Positions 42,584 to 52,355 of a stretch of DNA of 64,000 nt are shown here, piece by piece. The notes beneath the pieces were generated by a model. It was given only the letters and a program-made list of their open reading frames with translations, was not told the origin of the DNA and ran no database searches. Origin of the DNA: Candidatus Omnitrophota bacterium. GTDB taxonomy: Bacteria; Omnitrophota; Gorgyraeia; JAGLLT01. The stretch covers positions 37,476-101,475 of the forward strand of contig DAOVJY010000005.1 of NCBI GenBank assembly GCA_030632085.1, in the 5' to 3' direction. The translations under genes were made by a program, and so were the position numbers. Numbering within the stretch: the stretch's first letter is position 1; every line of letters begins with the position of its first letter.

Positions 42584-45118
42584 GTGCCGGATCAAAAACG
42601 ATTTCTTAACCAGGATTTAGTGTTAAGGGTTACTGAAAACATTAATCTTTCTGTATTTGATATTAATAAGTATGAGGGTTTCATTGATGCTCTATGCGGT
42701 GATCGCGACTATCAGAAAGAAGCTATCCGAGCAACCCTTCGCTATCTACTCGGTGATCAATACCGCAATCTTTCCGCCCTTGCGGAAGAAAATCTAAAGT
42801 CTAATATAATCTTGCAAGATTTATATGGCTCATTTAATGAAATGAAAAAACACCTCCAGTTTTCCAATAAGCTTTCCTGTTCTCTGGACATGGCCACCGG
42901 CACCGGAAAAAGCTATGTAATCTACGCTATTGCGCGCATTATGCTGGCTGAAGGTGTTGTGGATCACGTTCTTGTGGTGTGTCCTTCCACCACCATAGAA
43001 ACAGGTCTTATGGAAAAATTTAGACTGCTTTCTGGTGATGCGACATTACGAGATCTTCTTCCAGACAACTCTATCATTAAAAATCCCCACATTATCAATG
43101 CCACCGAAAGCATAGCGACCGGTGCAATCTGCGTGGAAAACTGCCATGCTCTTTATGAACATGTAAAATCATCCATCCGCGAAAGCCTTGCCGGAAAAGG
43201 AGAGCGTACACTTATCGTTAATGATGAAACACACCATGTATACAATCAAACCGGGAAAGATTTCAAAAAATGGAAAGAATTTATCCTGGAGAAAGAGTTT
43301 AATTTCAAATACATCGTGGGACTTTCTGGAACTTGTTATATCAATGATGAATATTTTACTGATGTCATCAGTCGTTATTCTCTTAAGGAGGCTATCGAAC
43401 AAGGCTTTATAAAAACAATTGATTATGTTGCTCAAGATACATCTACTACCCAGAATGAAAAATTTCAAAAAATATATGACAACCACATTGAAAACAAAAA
43501 CACCAAATACCGCTTAATAAAGCCTCTTACCATTTTAATCACAAAAGACATCCGCGCCTGCAACAAACTTGCCGAAGATTTAATAAAGTTCCTTTCAAAA
43601 AAAGAAGGCATTTCCGTAGACGATGCTTCTCAGAAAGTATTAGAAGTAACTTCTTCGCCAAAACACAAAGAAAATGTTTGTAAACTTACAGAAGTAGACA
43701 GAAAAAATTGTCCTATAGAGTGGATTGCCTCAGTAAGTATGTTAACCGAAGGTTGGGATGTAAAAAATGTTTTTCAAATCGTTCCTCATGAAGAACGCGC
43801 TTTTAATAGTAAACTTCTTATTGCTCAAGTACTAGGACGGGGCTTAAGGATTCCGGAAGTGTATCTTGGCCAAAGACCGGTGGTTACCGTATTTAATCAT
43901 GATCGCTGGTCTAGCAGGATAAAGCACCTTGTTGATGAAGTGCTCGAAATAGAAAATAGAATCTACTCCTATCCCGTAAAAAAAAGACCTGACTACAACT
44001 TTTATATCCACCAGATTGATTATGCCCGTTTAAAAGAAACCGAAGAATACAAACAAGAAAAGGAATACGAATTTAAAAAAGGGTTTATCACCTTCATCAG
44101 GCAAGCCCCAGCGCTTGAACGAGAAACAGAATATATTCGCGTAACCACACAAGAAATCAGAAAAAAGAAGACGCTTGTCACATACAAAATGTTCTCCATA
44201 GAAGAAATTGCCGAACAGATATATAATCGTTTTAGATCAATCGATATGGAAACGGCCGTGTCAGATATGCCCACTAACTATACAAACAAATACAGCATCG
44301 ACTGGTTGAAAGTCCTCATTAAGAAATCTTTGGAACGTATCGGCGAGAAAGGTAGCCAGGTCAGCGATGAAAACAGGCAAAGGATATACCAGGCATTTGG
44401 CGTTCTTCATCGATCGGCCGCCAAAGCCGTCCGTTATAAAATGTCCCCAAAGGCCTTGGTTAAAATTAAAACGCAGGGGCGAAAAAAGTGCAGTGCTGGT
44501 TTTGCGTCCTTAAGGCGCGGCGACGCTACTATCTTCTGGGACGATAATTCAAAAAACCTGTGCGCAGAAGAAGACATAAATTTTATAAAAGAACTCAAAA
44601 CTCAAAAAGACGAACTTCCTGGCAGCGCAATGCAATATGTATCAAATGCCTACCATTTCAAAACCCCTTTAGGCATTGCAATCGCCAGCCATAAACCAGA
44701 ACGCCTTTTTATCCGCGGACTTGTCAAGGAGGAAAACGCCAAAATAATTGACAGCTGGATCAAATCAACCGATCAAGAATTCTATCCTATTGATTATTCA
44801 TGGAGAAAAGGAGAGCATCCTAAACGTGCACGTTTCAATCCGGATTTTTTTATTAAAGTTGGCAAGTCCATCCTTGTGGCAGAAATAAAAGGCGATGAAG
44901 AAATCAAAGATCCTTCTGATGAAAACAAAGCAAAATATAAAGCAGCTAAAAGGCACTTTGCTATCTTGAACAAGCAACAATCAGAGTTCAACTATTTTTT
45001 TAATTTCTTAACTCCCGACGATTACGACTACTATTTCAATCACCTGCGTAAAAAAAACTTTACATTTAACTCAAAACTCGATGCAGAACTTGATAAAAAT
45101 GGTAATGGCAAAAAATAA
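42584..45118 (+). CDS. Type III restriction enzyme Res subunit (SF2 helicase-nuclease)
   Basis: Walker A MATGTGKS, DEAH-like NDETHH, helicase C-terminal motifs; directly follows mod with 1-nt gap. Confidence 0.8.
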   Translation: MPDQKRFLNQDLVLRVTENINLSVFDINKYEGFIDALCGDRDYQKEAIRATLRYLLGDQYRNLSALAEENLKSNIILQDLYGSFNEMKKHLQFSNKLSCSLDMATGTGKSYVIYAIARIMLAEGVVDHVLVVCPSTTIETGLMEKFRLLSGDATLRDLLPDNSIIKNPHIINATESIATGAICVENCHALYEHVKSSIRESLAGKGERTLIVNDETHHVYNQTGKDFKKWKEFILEKEFNFKYIVGLSGTCYINDEYFTDVISRYSLKEAIEQGFIKTIDYVAQDTSTTQNEKFQKIYDNHIENKNTKYRLIKPLTILITKDIRACNKLAEDLIKFLSKKEGISVDDASQKVLEVTSSPKHKENVCKLTEVDRKNCPIEWIASVSMLTEGWDVKNVFQIVPHEERAFNSKLLIAQVLGRGLRIPEVYLGQRPVVTVFNHDRWSSRIKHLVDEVLEIENRIYSYPVKKRPDYNFYIHQIDYARLKETEEYKQEKEYEFKKGFITFIRQAPALERETEYIRVTTQEIRKKKTLVTYKMFSIEEIAEQIYNRFRSIDMETAVSDMPTNYTNKYSIDWLKVLIKKSLERIGEKGSQVSDENRQRIYQAFGVLHRSAAKAVRYKMSPKALVKIKTQGRKKCSAGFASLRRGDATIFWDDNSKNLCAEEDINFIKELKTQKDELPGSAMQYVSNAYHFKTPLGIAIASHKPERLFIRGLVKEENAKIIDSWIKSTDQEFYPIDYSWRKGEHPKRARFNPDFFIKVGKSILVAEIKGDEEIKDPSDENKAKYKAAKRHFAILNKQQSEFNYFFNFLTPDDYDYYFNHLRKKNFTFNSKLDAELDKNGNGKK

Positions 45119-45252
45119 CCTGAAGGGAAAAAGGGGGAAATGGGAACAGGCCTAATTAATATTGCTAAAATAATTGACAGGAATTTTAGAAAACAGTAGC
45201 CTTGGTAAAAAAAGTAATTATTGTGTCCCCGGATTCTGCAACGAACCTTTAA

Positions 45253-46518
45253 ATGGTGCGGTTTAATATGACAAAAAAGTTGGTGCAAAGACAATTTACT
45301 GTTGTTGACCTTTTTGCGGGAGCAGGAGGATTGCTTGAGGGATTCAGGAGGAAAGGGTTCAATATAATTTCTTCTGTCGAAATGAATTCCCATGCCTGCG
45401 ATACGCTCAAGACCAGACATACTTATTGGGATTATAAGGTAAAGAAAAAGCAAAGCGCATATTGGGATTATGTGCAGAAAAAAATCACCAGAGAAGTATT
45501 CCTGAATGGTTTGCCGGAAAACGCAGTTATAAATGTAGAGATTTCTCCCAAAACTATAAATGAGATTTCTCGACGGATTAGAGAGCAAATGAAGGAGATG
45601 AATGTATCTTCTATTGATGTTTTTATCGGAGGTCCTCCCTGTCAGGCATATTCCCTTGTAGGGAGAGCGCGAGACCCCAAAAGCATGAAGGATGACCCAA
45701 GAAAACAGCTATATAAGCACTATGTTCAATTACTGAAAAAGTTCATGCCTGAAGTCTTTGTGTTCGAGAACGTGCCGGGAATACTTTCAGCTGATGGTGG
45801 CGCATTATTTGAAGAGGTAAAGAAATATTTTGGAAAAGCAGGATACGTTGTTGAGCACAAAAAGCTGATTGCTTCTGACTTTATGGTTCTTGAGAACAGA
45901 AAAAGGGTTATATTAATTGGCTGGAAAAAGGATCGTGATCTGAAATATCCAGAGTTTAAACCCAAAAAACATGATTATCTTACAGCAGAATTATTTAAGG
46001 ATTTACCTCCACTAAACCCCGGAGAGGGTAGTGATGTTTCAGAGTACGTTAATAACGTATCAGATTATCTGAAGAAATCAAAAATTAGACATATAGAGCC
46101 CGTGCTTACGCACCACGTGACGAGGCCAATTAATGATAATGACAGAGAGATTTATAAAGAAGCTCTTGTTTTGTGGGAAACAGAAGGGAAAAGGCTTAAT
46201 TACGCTGATCTGCCAGAGAAACTAAAAACACATAAAAACCAGGCTTCGTTTCTTGACAGATTCAAAGTAGTAGCCGCTAATGAAGCAGCATCACACACAG
46301 TTGTTGCACACATCGCAAAAGACGGACACTATTATATACATCCAGACATCAAACAGCTAAGGTCAATAAGCGTCCGAGAAGCAGCACGAATACAGTCTTT
46401 TCCAGATAACTACTTTTTTGAGGGTCCGAGAACTGCAAAACTTGCCCAGATAGGAAATGCAGTGCCACCGCTTATGGCAGAAGCTATTGCTGGTAAGATA
46501 AAGGAGATGTTGAAATGA
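45253..46518 (+). CDS. dcm: DNA (cytosine-5)-methyltransferase
   Basis: Motif I FAGAGG, motif IV GGPPCQAYS, motif VI ENV, motif X QIGNAVPP. Confidence 0.9.
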   Translation: MVRFNMTKKLVQRQFTVVDLFAGAGGLLEGFRRKGFNIISSVEMNSHACDTLKTRHTYWDYKVKKKQSAYWDYVQKKITREVFLNGLPENAVINVEISPKTINEISRRIREQMKEMNVSSIDVFIGGPPCQAYSLVGRARDPKSMKDDPRKQLYKHYVQLLKKFMPEVFVFENVPGILSADGGALFEEVKKYFGKAGYVVEHKKLIASDFMVLENRKRVILIGWKKDRDLKYPEFKPKKHDYLTAELFKDLPPLNPGEGSDVSEYVNNVSDYLKKSKIRHIEPVLTHHVTRPINDNDREIYKEALVLWETEGKRLNYADLPEKLKTHKNQASFLDRFKVVAANEAASHTVVAHIAKDGHYYIHPDIKQLRSISVREAARIQSFPDNYFFEGPRTAKLAQIGNAVPPLMAEAIAGKIKEMLK

Positions 46519-48629
46519 AGGGAAATAAATTTCGGACACGTGCCAGACTTATTCAACAATTAGGTCTTCAGTTAATCAAGAATGAGGGTATTGCGCTTTT
46601 GGAATTAGTTAAAAATTCTTATGATGCAGATGCTTCATTTTGTACAGTAGAAATGAATAAGGTTAATATTCCTCAAAAGGGTTCTATTGTTATTACAGAT
46701 GATGGAGAGGGGATGGATGACGATATTTTACGCTCTGCCTGGCTTGAGATTGGGACAAGTCACAAAGAAGAATTAGCCTCTAATCCGGAAACCAAACGTA
46801 CAGACAAATTCAAGAGATTACGTTTAGGAGAAAAGGGAATTGGGAGACTTGGAGTTCATAGATTAGGGAAGTTTATAAAAATTATTACTAAAAGGGGCGA
46901 ATATGAATATGTTCTCGAAATTGATTGGGACAAATTTGAGCAAAAAAAATATATAGAAGATGTTGAGATTGTTATAAAAAGGCGTACTCCTGAAATCTTT
47001 GAGAAAAAAGAATCAGGGACAAAGATCATTATTACTAAATTACGAATTGCTTGGACACGAAAAAGAGTGCGTGAGTGTTGTAGGGCAATCACTTCTTTAA
47101 ATTCCCCTTTTCAGGACAAAACATCATTCAAGGCAACTCTTAATATTGATAATAAAGATTGGATAAAGGGATTGCTTGATTTTAATAATATTAAAAAATA
47201 TAAACTTTTTGAGTTTTCAATATGCATGGAAAAAAATGAGATAACAGAATTCAATTATAAATTTATTCCGTGGAGTACAATGCCTAAGTTAAAAGTGAGG
47301 CATATTACCAAGGATAACAAAGAAATAAAGTCTGTGCTGAGAATGGTATATAAAGATAAGGAAACTAGAGAATATCAAGATATAGATTTGTCAAAGCATA
47401 AAATTGGTCCAGTTCAATTTAAAGGTGTGATCTTTGATAGAGATGCGCGTGTTTTAGAATTGGGAGTTCAAGATAAAAGCGGTTTAAAGAAATATTTAGA
47501 TGCAAATGGGGGTATTAGGGTTTTTAGAGACAATATGCGCGTACTGGATTATGGTGAGCCAGGGAATGATTGGCTTGACTTGGGCGGAAGACGTGTTAAT
47601 GTTCCAACAAAAAGAATAAGTAATAACATTATAATTGGGGGAGTTTTTCTCAATCGTGCTAAAAGTAGTGACCTTAAAGAAAAAGCTAACAGAGAAGGGT
47701 TCCTTGAAGATGATGCTTATGATGAACTTGTTAAAGCAGTCCTCTATGCAATAGATAAGCTTGAAACATTCAGAAAGACAGATAAAGATTTATTAAGAAA
47801 ATATTATGGCCCTCAAAAAAATATTGAGCCAGTAATCACATCAATTGCAGAGCTAAAAGATATTGTTGAAAAAAATGTTAAAGAGAAAAATGTCCAGAAT
47901 ACGATCAATGTATACCTTGACCGTATAGAGCAGGATTATGAACGAATTACTGAAAGCTTAATTAAAAGTGCCGGAGCTGGATTAAATCTTATCGTTGTGA
48001 TACATCAGATAGAGAAAATAATTAAAGATATTAAAGCTGCACTTAAAAGTAAGGCGGTTAATAAAAGTATTTTGGGAAGAGTTGAAGATCTTGCTTCTCT
48101 TGTCGAAGGATATAGTATTCTCATAAAAAATTCTGAAAAAAAAGAGCGCAACTTAAAAGGTATAATAAATCAGTCATTATTTAATACAAAATTTCGCTTT
48201 GAAGCGCATGGCATAAATGTTAGGAAAGAATATGAGTCAAAAAGAAAGGGATTTGATGCTATTTGTTCGGAAGGACACGTTTTGAATGCCCTGATGAATC
48301 TTTTTGATAATTCTATATGGTGGCTGGGATATTCAAAAACTAAAAATCCAGAAATTTATATCGATGTTTCTGATGCAGTGCCTGGGGGCTATGTAAGCAT
48401 TATTATTGCAGATAATGGCCCGGGTTTCTCAATGCCGGTAGAAGAGCTTACGAAACCATTTGTGAGTAATAAGCCGGGAGGTATGGGAATAGGACTTCAC
48501 CTTACAAATGAAATCATGAAGTCTCTAAAAGGAAGATTGGTTTTTGATGTGGAGGAGTATTTTGATATACCGTCTAAATATAAAAATGGTGCAGTAATCG
48601 CTCTGGCATTTAAGAAAGAGGAGAAATGA
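46515..48629 (+). CDS. Dual Bergerat-fold ATPase: N-terminal MutL/MORC-type GHKL domain and C-terminal histidine-kinase-type HATPase_c domain
   Basis: N-terminal ELVKNSYDADA, DDGEGM, GEKGIGRLG; C-terminal NALMNLFDNS, IADNGPGF, GGMGIGLHL. ATGA start-stop overlap with dcm. Confidence 0.6.
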   Translation: MKGNKFRTRARLIQQLGLQLIKNEGIALLELVKNSYDADASFCTVEMNKVNIPQKGSIVITDDGEGMDDDILRSAWLEIGTSHKEELASNPETKRTDKFKRLRLGEKGIGRLGVHRLGKFIKIITKRGEYEYVLEIDWDKFEQKKYIEDVEIVIKRRTPEIFEKKESGTKIIITKLRIAWTRKRVRECCRAITSLNSPFQDKTSFKATLNIDNKDWIKGLLDFNNIKKYKLFEFSICMEKNEITEFNYKFIPWSTMPKLKVRHITKDNKEIKSVLRMVYKDKETREYQDIDLSKHKIGPVQFKGVIFDRDARVLELGVQDKSGLKKYLDANGGIRVFRDNMRVLDYGEPGNDWLDLGGRRVNVPTKRISNNIIIGGVFLNRAKSSDLKEKANREGFLEDDAYDELVKAVLYAIDKLETFRKTDKDLLRKYYGPQKNIEPVITSIAELKDIVEKNVKEKNVQNTINVYLDRIEQDYERITESLIKSAGAGLNLIVVIHQIEKIIKDIKAALKSKAVNKSILGRVEDLASLVEGYSILIKNSEKKERNLKGIINQSLFNTKFRFEAHGINVRKEYESKRKGFDAICSEGHVLNALMNLFDNSIWWLGYSKTKNPEIYIDVSDAVPGGYVSIIIADNGPGFSMPVEELTKPFVSNKPGGMGIGLHLTNEIMKSLKGRLVFDVEEYFDIPSKYKNGAVIALAFKKEEK

Positions 48630-49918
48630 TGCAGTTATCTAAAAATGGGAAAGTTGTGATTGTCGATAATGTTTTTACAGAAGCTAAACCTTTACTTGAT
48701 GTTTTAAATATGAACCAAATCCCCTATTTATATTTTGATGGTAAGGTTGATTCTTTACCTGAAACTCCTTGCAAAGGGATTAGATTTGTTTTTCTTGATA
48801 TAGCTTTGGAAGGAATGGATGGCGCAGATACAAAAACAAAAGCTTCAGCAATCGTAGGGATATTAGAAAAAATTATTTCGAAGGATAATGGTCCTTATGC
48901 GATTATTTTCTGGACAAAACATCCCGAAGTTATTGAAAGAACTCTTAAAAACTGTCAAATAAGGGGAATAAAGCCTGTAATTTCACTTGATCTAGATAAA
49001 TCAGAATGTAAAGAAGGTGAGACGTACTCTCTTAAGGCGATTTTAGAAAAATTAAAAACAAAGGCAGAAAAATTGGGTCCATATAGTTTATATATAATGT
49101 GGGAAAATATAGCTGCTGATTCAGGGACTGAATTTATTAACAGTTTTGCTAACATCTTTGAATTTGATGATAACTGGAGTGAAAACACAAGGCATCTTTT
49201 TTATCGTCTATATAAGGCTTATACTGAAAAAAATGAGGTTTCAGATGATAAAGACAAGATATTGTGCGTTCTGCAACTCATTAATCGAAGCTTTAAGGAT
49301 TTGCTAGATAATAATACTGTTAACTGTAGAGAAAAATTAAATTTATTTGAATTCCCATCGACTCCTACTGACGAAGAAGAAAAGAGGACTTTTTCCCAGA
49401 AAATCAATGAAATAATTTCCGATGAAATAATCGCTAAAATAAATAATAGTCTTTTTATTATTGATAATCCTGATTTCTCGCAATTATCCACAGTTGTTTT
49501 TAAATATGCTGACGAAGAATTGAAAAATATTTTTTTGGATAAATGTTTTGAAAAGATTTCAGAAGTAGCTAAAGCATCTGCCCAACTTTGTCGTCTTGTG
49601 ATAACACCTCAATGTGATATATGTCAAGATAAAGCCATATTGCATAGAGTCCTGTATGGAATTATTTTCAACGAAGATGATGCCACTAAATGTAGAAAAG
49701 GGCCGTTATTTCCTTTTGGTCCCTTTTATTTCCATGATAGTTCCAAGTCGATAGTTTTTCACTTGCAATCAATAACTACTTGTAAGAAAGATGAATTGTG
49801 TTCTAAAGAGGTGTTATTTGGACTACGAAAAGATTTATTTTTTGATATACAGGCCAATTCTGCAAATCATGTTAACCGACATGGTAATTTTGCAATAAAA
49901 AAGCAATTTAAAATATAA
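48626..49918 (+). CDS. Uncharacterised protein with receiver (CheY)-like N-terminal domain and unknown Cys-rich C-terminal domain
   Basis: VVIVDN...RFVFLDIALEG...IIFWTKHPE resembles REC beta1/beta3/beta4 elements (inference); ATGA overlap with upstream ATPase gene. Confidence 0.35.
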   Translation: MMQLSKNGKVVIVDNVFTEAKPLLDVLNMNQIPYLYFDGKVDSLPETPCKGIRFVFLDIALEGMDGADTKTKASAIVGILEKIISKDNGPYAIIFWTKHPEVIERTLKNCQIRGIKPVISLDLDKSECKEGETYSLKAILEKLKTKAEKLGPYSLYIMWENIAADSGTEFINSFANIFEFDDNWSENTRHLFYRLYKAYTEKNEVSDDKDKILCVLQLINRSFKDLLDNNTVNCREKLNLFEFPSTPTDEEEKRTFSQKINEIISDEIIAKINNSLFIIDNPDFSQLSTVVFKYADEELKNIFLDKCFEKISEVAKASAQLCRLVITPQCDICQDKAILHRVLYGIIFNEDDATKCRKGPLFPFGPFYFHDSSKSIVFHLQSITTCKKDELCSKEVLFGLRKDLFFDIQANSANHVNRHGNFAIKKQFKI

Positions 49919-49919
49919 C

Positions 49920-50093
49920 GTGGTTATTGTGCATGTATTCAACTTTGAAAATAGTGTCAGAAATAAATTATTTTTATGGTTTAAGAAAAATGCACGTTCA
50001 TTTCCATGGCGAACTATTAAAGACCCCTATCGTTTGATGGTTGCCGAGTTCATAAAAAAAGGGGTCAGAGTCATTTTTCATTCTGGTAGATAA
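49920..50093 (+). pseudogene. N-terminal fragment of a MutY/Nth-family (HhH-GPD) DNA glycosylase
   Basis: Translation ...LFLWFKKNARSFPWRTIKDPYRLMVAEFI then degenerates and stops; matches N-terminal signature of MutY/Mig-type glycosylases. Not in ORF track. Confidence 0.35.
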
Positions 50094-50495
50094 ATGTTGT
50101 ATCGCCAGATTTTCGCATGTTCCCAGATTTATTGGGATGTGTCCCTATTAAAATGGAGATAGGGGGCGATTCTATTTTAAAATAGTATGTGTTTTGATAA
50201 AAATTAATTTAAAAGAAGTGTAGAATCAGAGGGGACACAATACTAATTTTAGTAATAAAACAGAAGGCAAATAATAAATAGGTATCGTGTCACCAGATTT
50301 TTAGAAAATACATAATTGTTAGGAAGAATTTCCGCAAAACAACTTTGTCGATAAAATATTTTTCCAAAAAGCCAAGTATTTATTCTTTATATTAAAACGA
50401 CTTATCAAGCAAAAGCTAGCTTCAAATTCACATAATGTCTGATTATAGGATCCTGAGGTTCTTATTTATATTTTGTTTCCCTTTATCTAACTCCG

Positions 50496-52355
50496 TTGTA
50501 TAATAAAAAGAAAAATGGAGGAAAAATGTATATAAAACGAATCGTTATAAAGAATTACCGAAATTTAAAAGATATAGACCTTTCCTTTGGCGCAGGGTTA
50601 ACTTGTATTGTAGGTGAAAACAATTCTGGAAAAAGTAATTTTTTACATGCAATACGGTTGGCCTTAGACATGAATCTGCCGTATTATGTTAGACAGTTAA
50701 CAGAAGATGATTTCGCCAAAGAAGTAGACTTCAGCGTGCCACAACAGATTGTGGTAGGAGTACAATTTACGGATTTTTTTTCAGGTGCAGATGACGATAA
50801 GGTAAAGGAGCACGCTCTAGCGCAAGAGTGGGGTTTGGACGGGGAAACAGCACAAGTATGTTATCGGTTTAGACCTAAAGGTTCAGTGCGTAGGAATATA
50901 GCTTCTGGTGAGCGTGAACCAAAAAATTTAACCATAGAGGATTATGATTCAGAACTAGTAGCTGGGCCGATAGTTTGTGAAGACGGAGGCACAAAAGATT
51001 TGTCAGAGGTTTGTTGGGACGATGATTTTTCAACAGCTGTAAAATTTAATAGGCTATCAACGTATCGAGTAGCATTTTTACAACCTATTCGAGATGTTGA
51101 AGATGATCTGCGCCGACAAGCACGCTCCCCATTGTATAAGCTGATAAAAGTATCGGATATGTCTGATGAAAAGAAAAAAGAACTAATAAAAAAGATAGAT
51201 GATGTAAATAAAGAGATATCATCTGAAGCGGAAATCCAACAAATTGCTCAAGACATAGATGATTCCTTCAGTGCAGCGGTAGGCTCTATATTTAAAATGA
51301 ATACAAAGATAGGCATGATGTCGCCAACCTTTAGAGACATCACCCGCTCTTTAAAAATTTTACTGTCCGGACAGGGGCTGGAAGAGGCGAATATTTCTAG
51401 AAATGGGTTAGGGTTAAATAATATTTTATACATGAGTATGTTGTTGGAATATTACAAGAAACAAGGGGAGCAAGAAGATACCGCTGGCGAATTATTGTTG
51501 ATTGAAGAACCAGAGGCGCATCTACATCCCCAACTGCAAAGAGTCTTGCTGGGAAGATTAGAAAACAAAGAATGTCAAATAATCACGACCAGTCATAGTA
51601 CGCATATTACTTCACGTGTGGATTTAAATGAAGTGATAGTTTTTACGCGAAATACGGAGTATGAGATATCAGCTAAAAGATTGAGTGATAACAATTGGTC
51701 GTCTGATAACGATAAGGATGATTTGGAGAGATATATAGATGCTACAAAATCAGTTTTGTTATTTGCTAAAAAGGTTATTCTGGTAGAGGGAATGGCAGAA
51801 GTTTTCCTGATTCCTTTTTTAGTGAAAAAGATCAAAGAAATAGATCTAGAAGAGCATGGCATATCAATAGTTCCCATTCACGGCGTTCATTTTTCTTCAT
51901 ACTTAAAACTTTTTGGAAATGAAGCTATAAAAAAGAAATGTGCAGTTATAACCGACGGGGATCTAAGGCCTAGCGATTCATTTAATTCGGAAGAGGGGGA
52001 TTTCCCAAGAGTAGATTCTTTGAGAGATTTTGAAAATGACTTTGTAAGGATATTTCATTGTGGAACAACATTTGAAATAGAAACCGCATCTCCCAGCAAT
52101 TTAAAGATGTTCGCAAGTTCAGCTAATGAGCTAGGAGCGCCGCGAGTGGCGAAAGATCTAATGGAAAGCTATAAAAAGAAAAGTGAATTATCTGCGAAAG
52201 AAAAACTAGAAATGAGTAAAAAAGTTTTGAACACCGCAAAAAGGTTTGGTAAGGCACGATATGCACAGATATCATCACGGTATTCACAGTATGCCGAAGA
52301 ATTACCGACATATTTAGATAATGCAATTGATTGGTTGATAGATGAAGCTGACTAG
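50496..52355 (+). CDS. gajA: OLD-family ATP-dependent nuclease (GajA-like: ABC-type ATPase + Toprim)
   Basis: Walker A GENNSGKSN, Walker B LLLIEEPEAHLHP, Toprim residues VILVEGMAE and ITDGD; probable true start ATG 50526 with GGAGG RBS. Confidence 0.8.
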   Translation: MYNKKKNGGKMYIKRIVIKNYRNLKDIDLSFGAGLTCIVGENNSGKSNFLHAIRLALDMNLPYYVRQLTEDDFAKEVDFSVPQQIVVGVQFTDFFSGADDDKVKEHALAQEWGLDGETAQVCYRFRPKGSVRRNIASGEREPKNLTIEDYDSELVAGPIVCEDGGTKDLSEVCWDDDFSTAVKFNRLSTYRVAFLQPIRDVEDDLRRQARSPLYKLIKVSDMSDEKKKELIKKIDDVNKEISSEAEIQQIAQDIDDSFSAAVGSIFKMNTKIGMMSPTFRDITRSLKILLSGQGLEEANISRNGLGLNNILYMSMLLEYYKKQGEQEDTAGELLLIEEPEAHLHPQLQRVLLGRLENKECQIITTSHSTHITSRVDLNEVIVFTRNTEYEISAKRLSDNNWSSDNDKDDLERYIDATKSVLLFAKKVILVEGMAEVFLIPFLVKKIKEIDLEEHGISIVPIHGVHFSSYLKLFGNEAIKKKCAVITDGDLRPSDSFNSEEGDFPRVDSLRDFENDFVRIFHCGTTFEIETASPSNLKMFASSANELGAPRVAKDLMESYKKKSELSAKEKLEMSKKVLNTAKRFGKARYAQISSRYSQYAEELPTYLDNAIDWLIDEAD

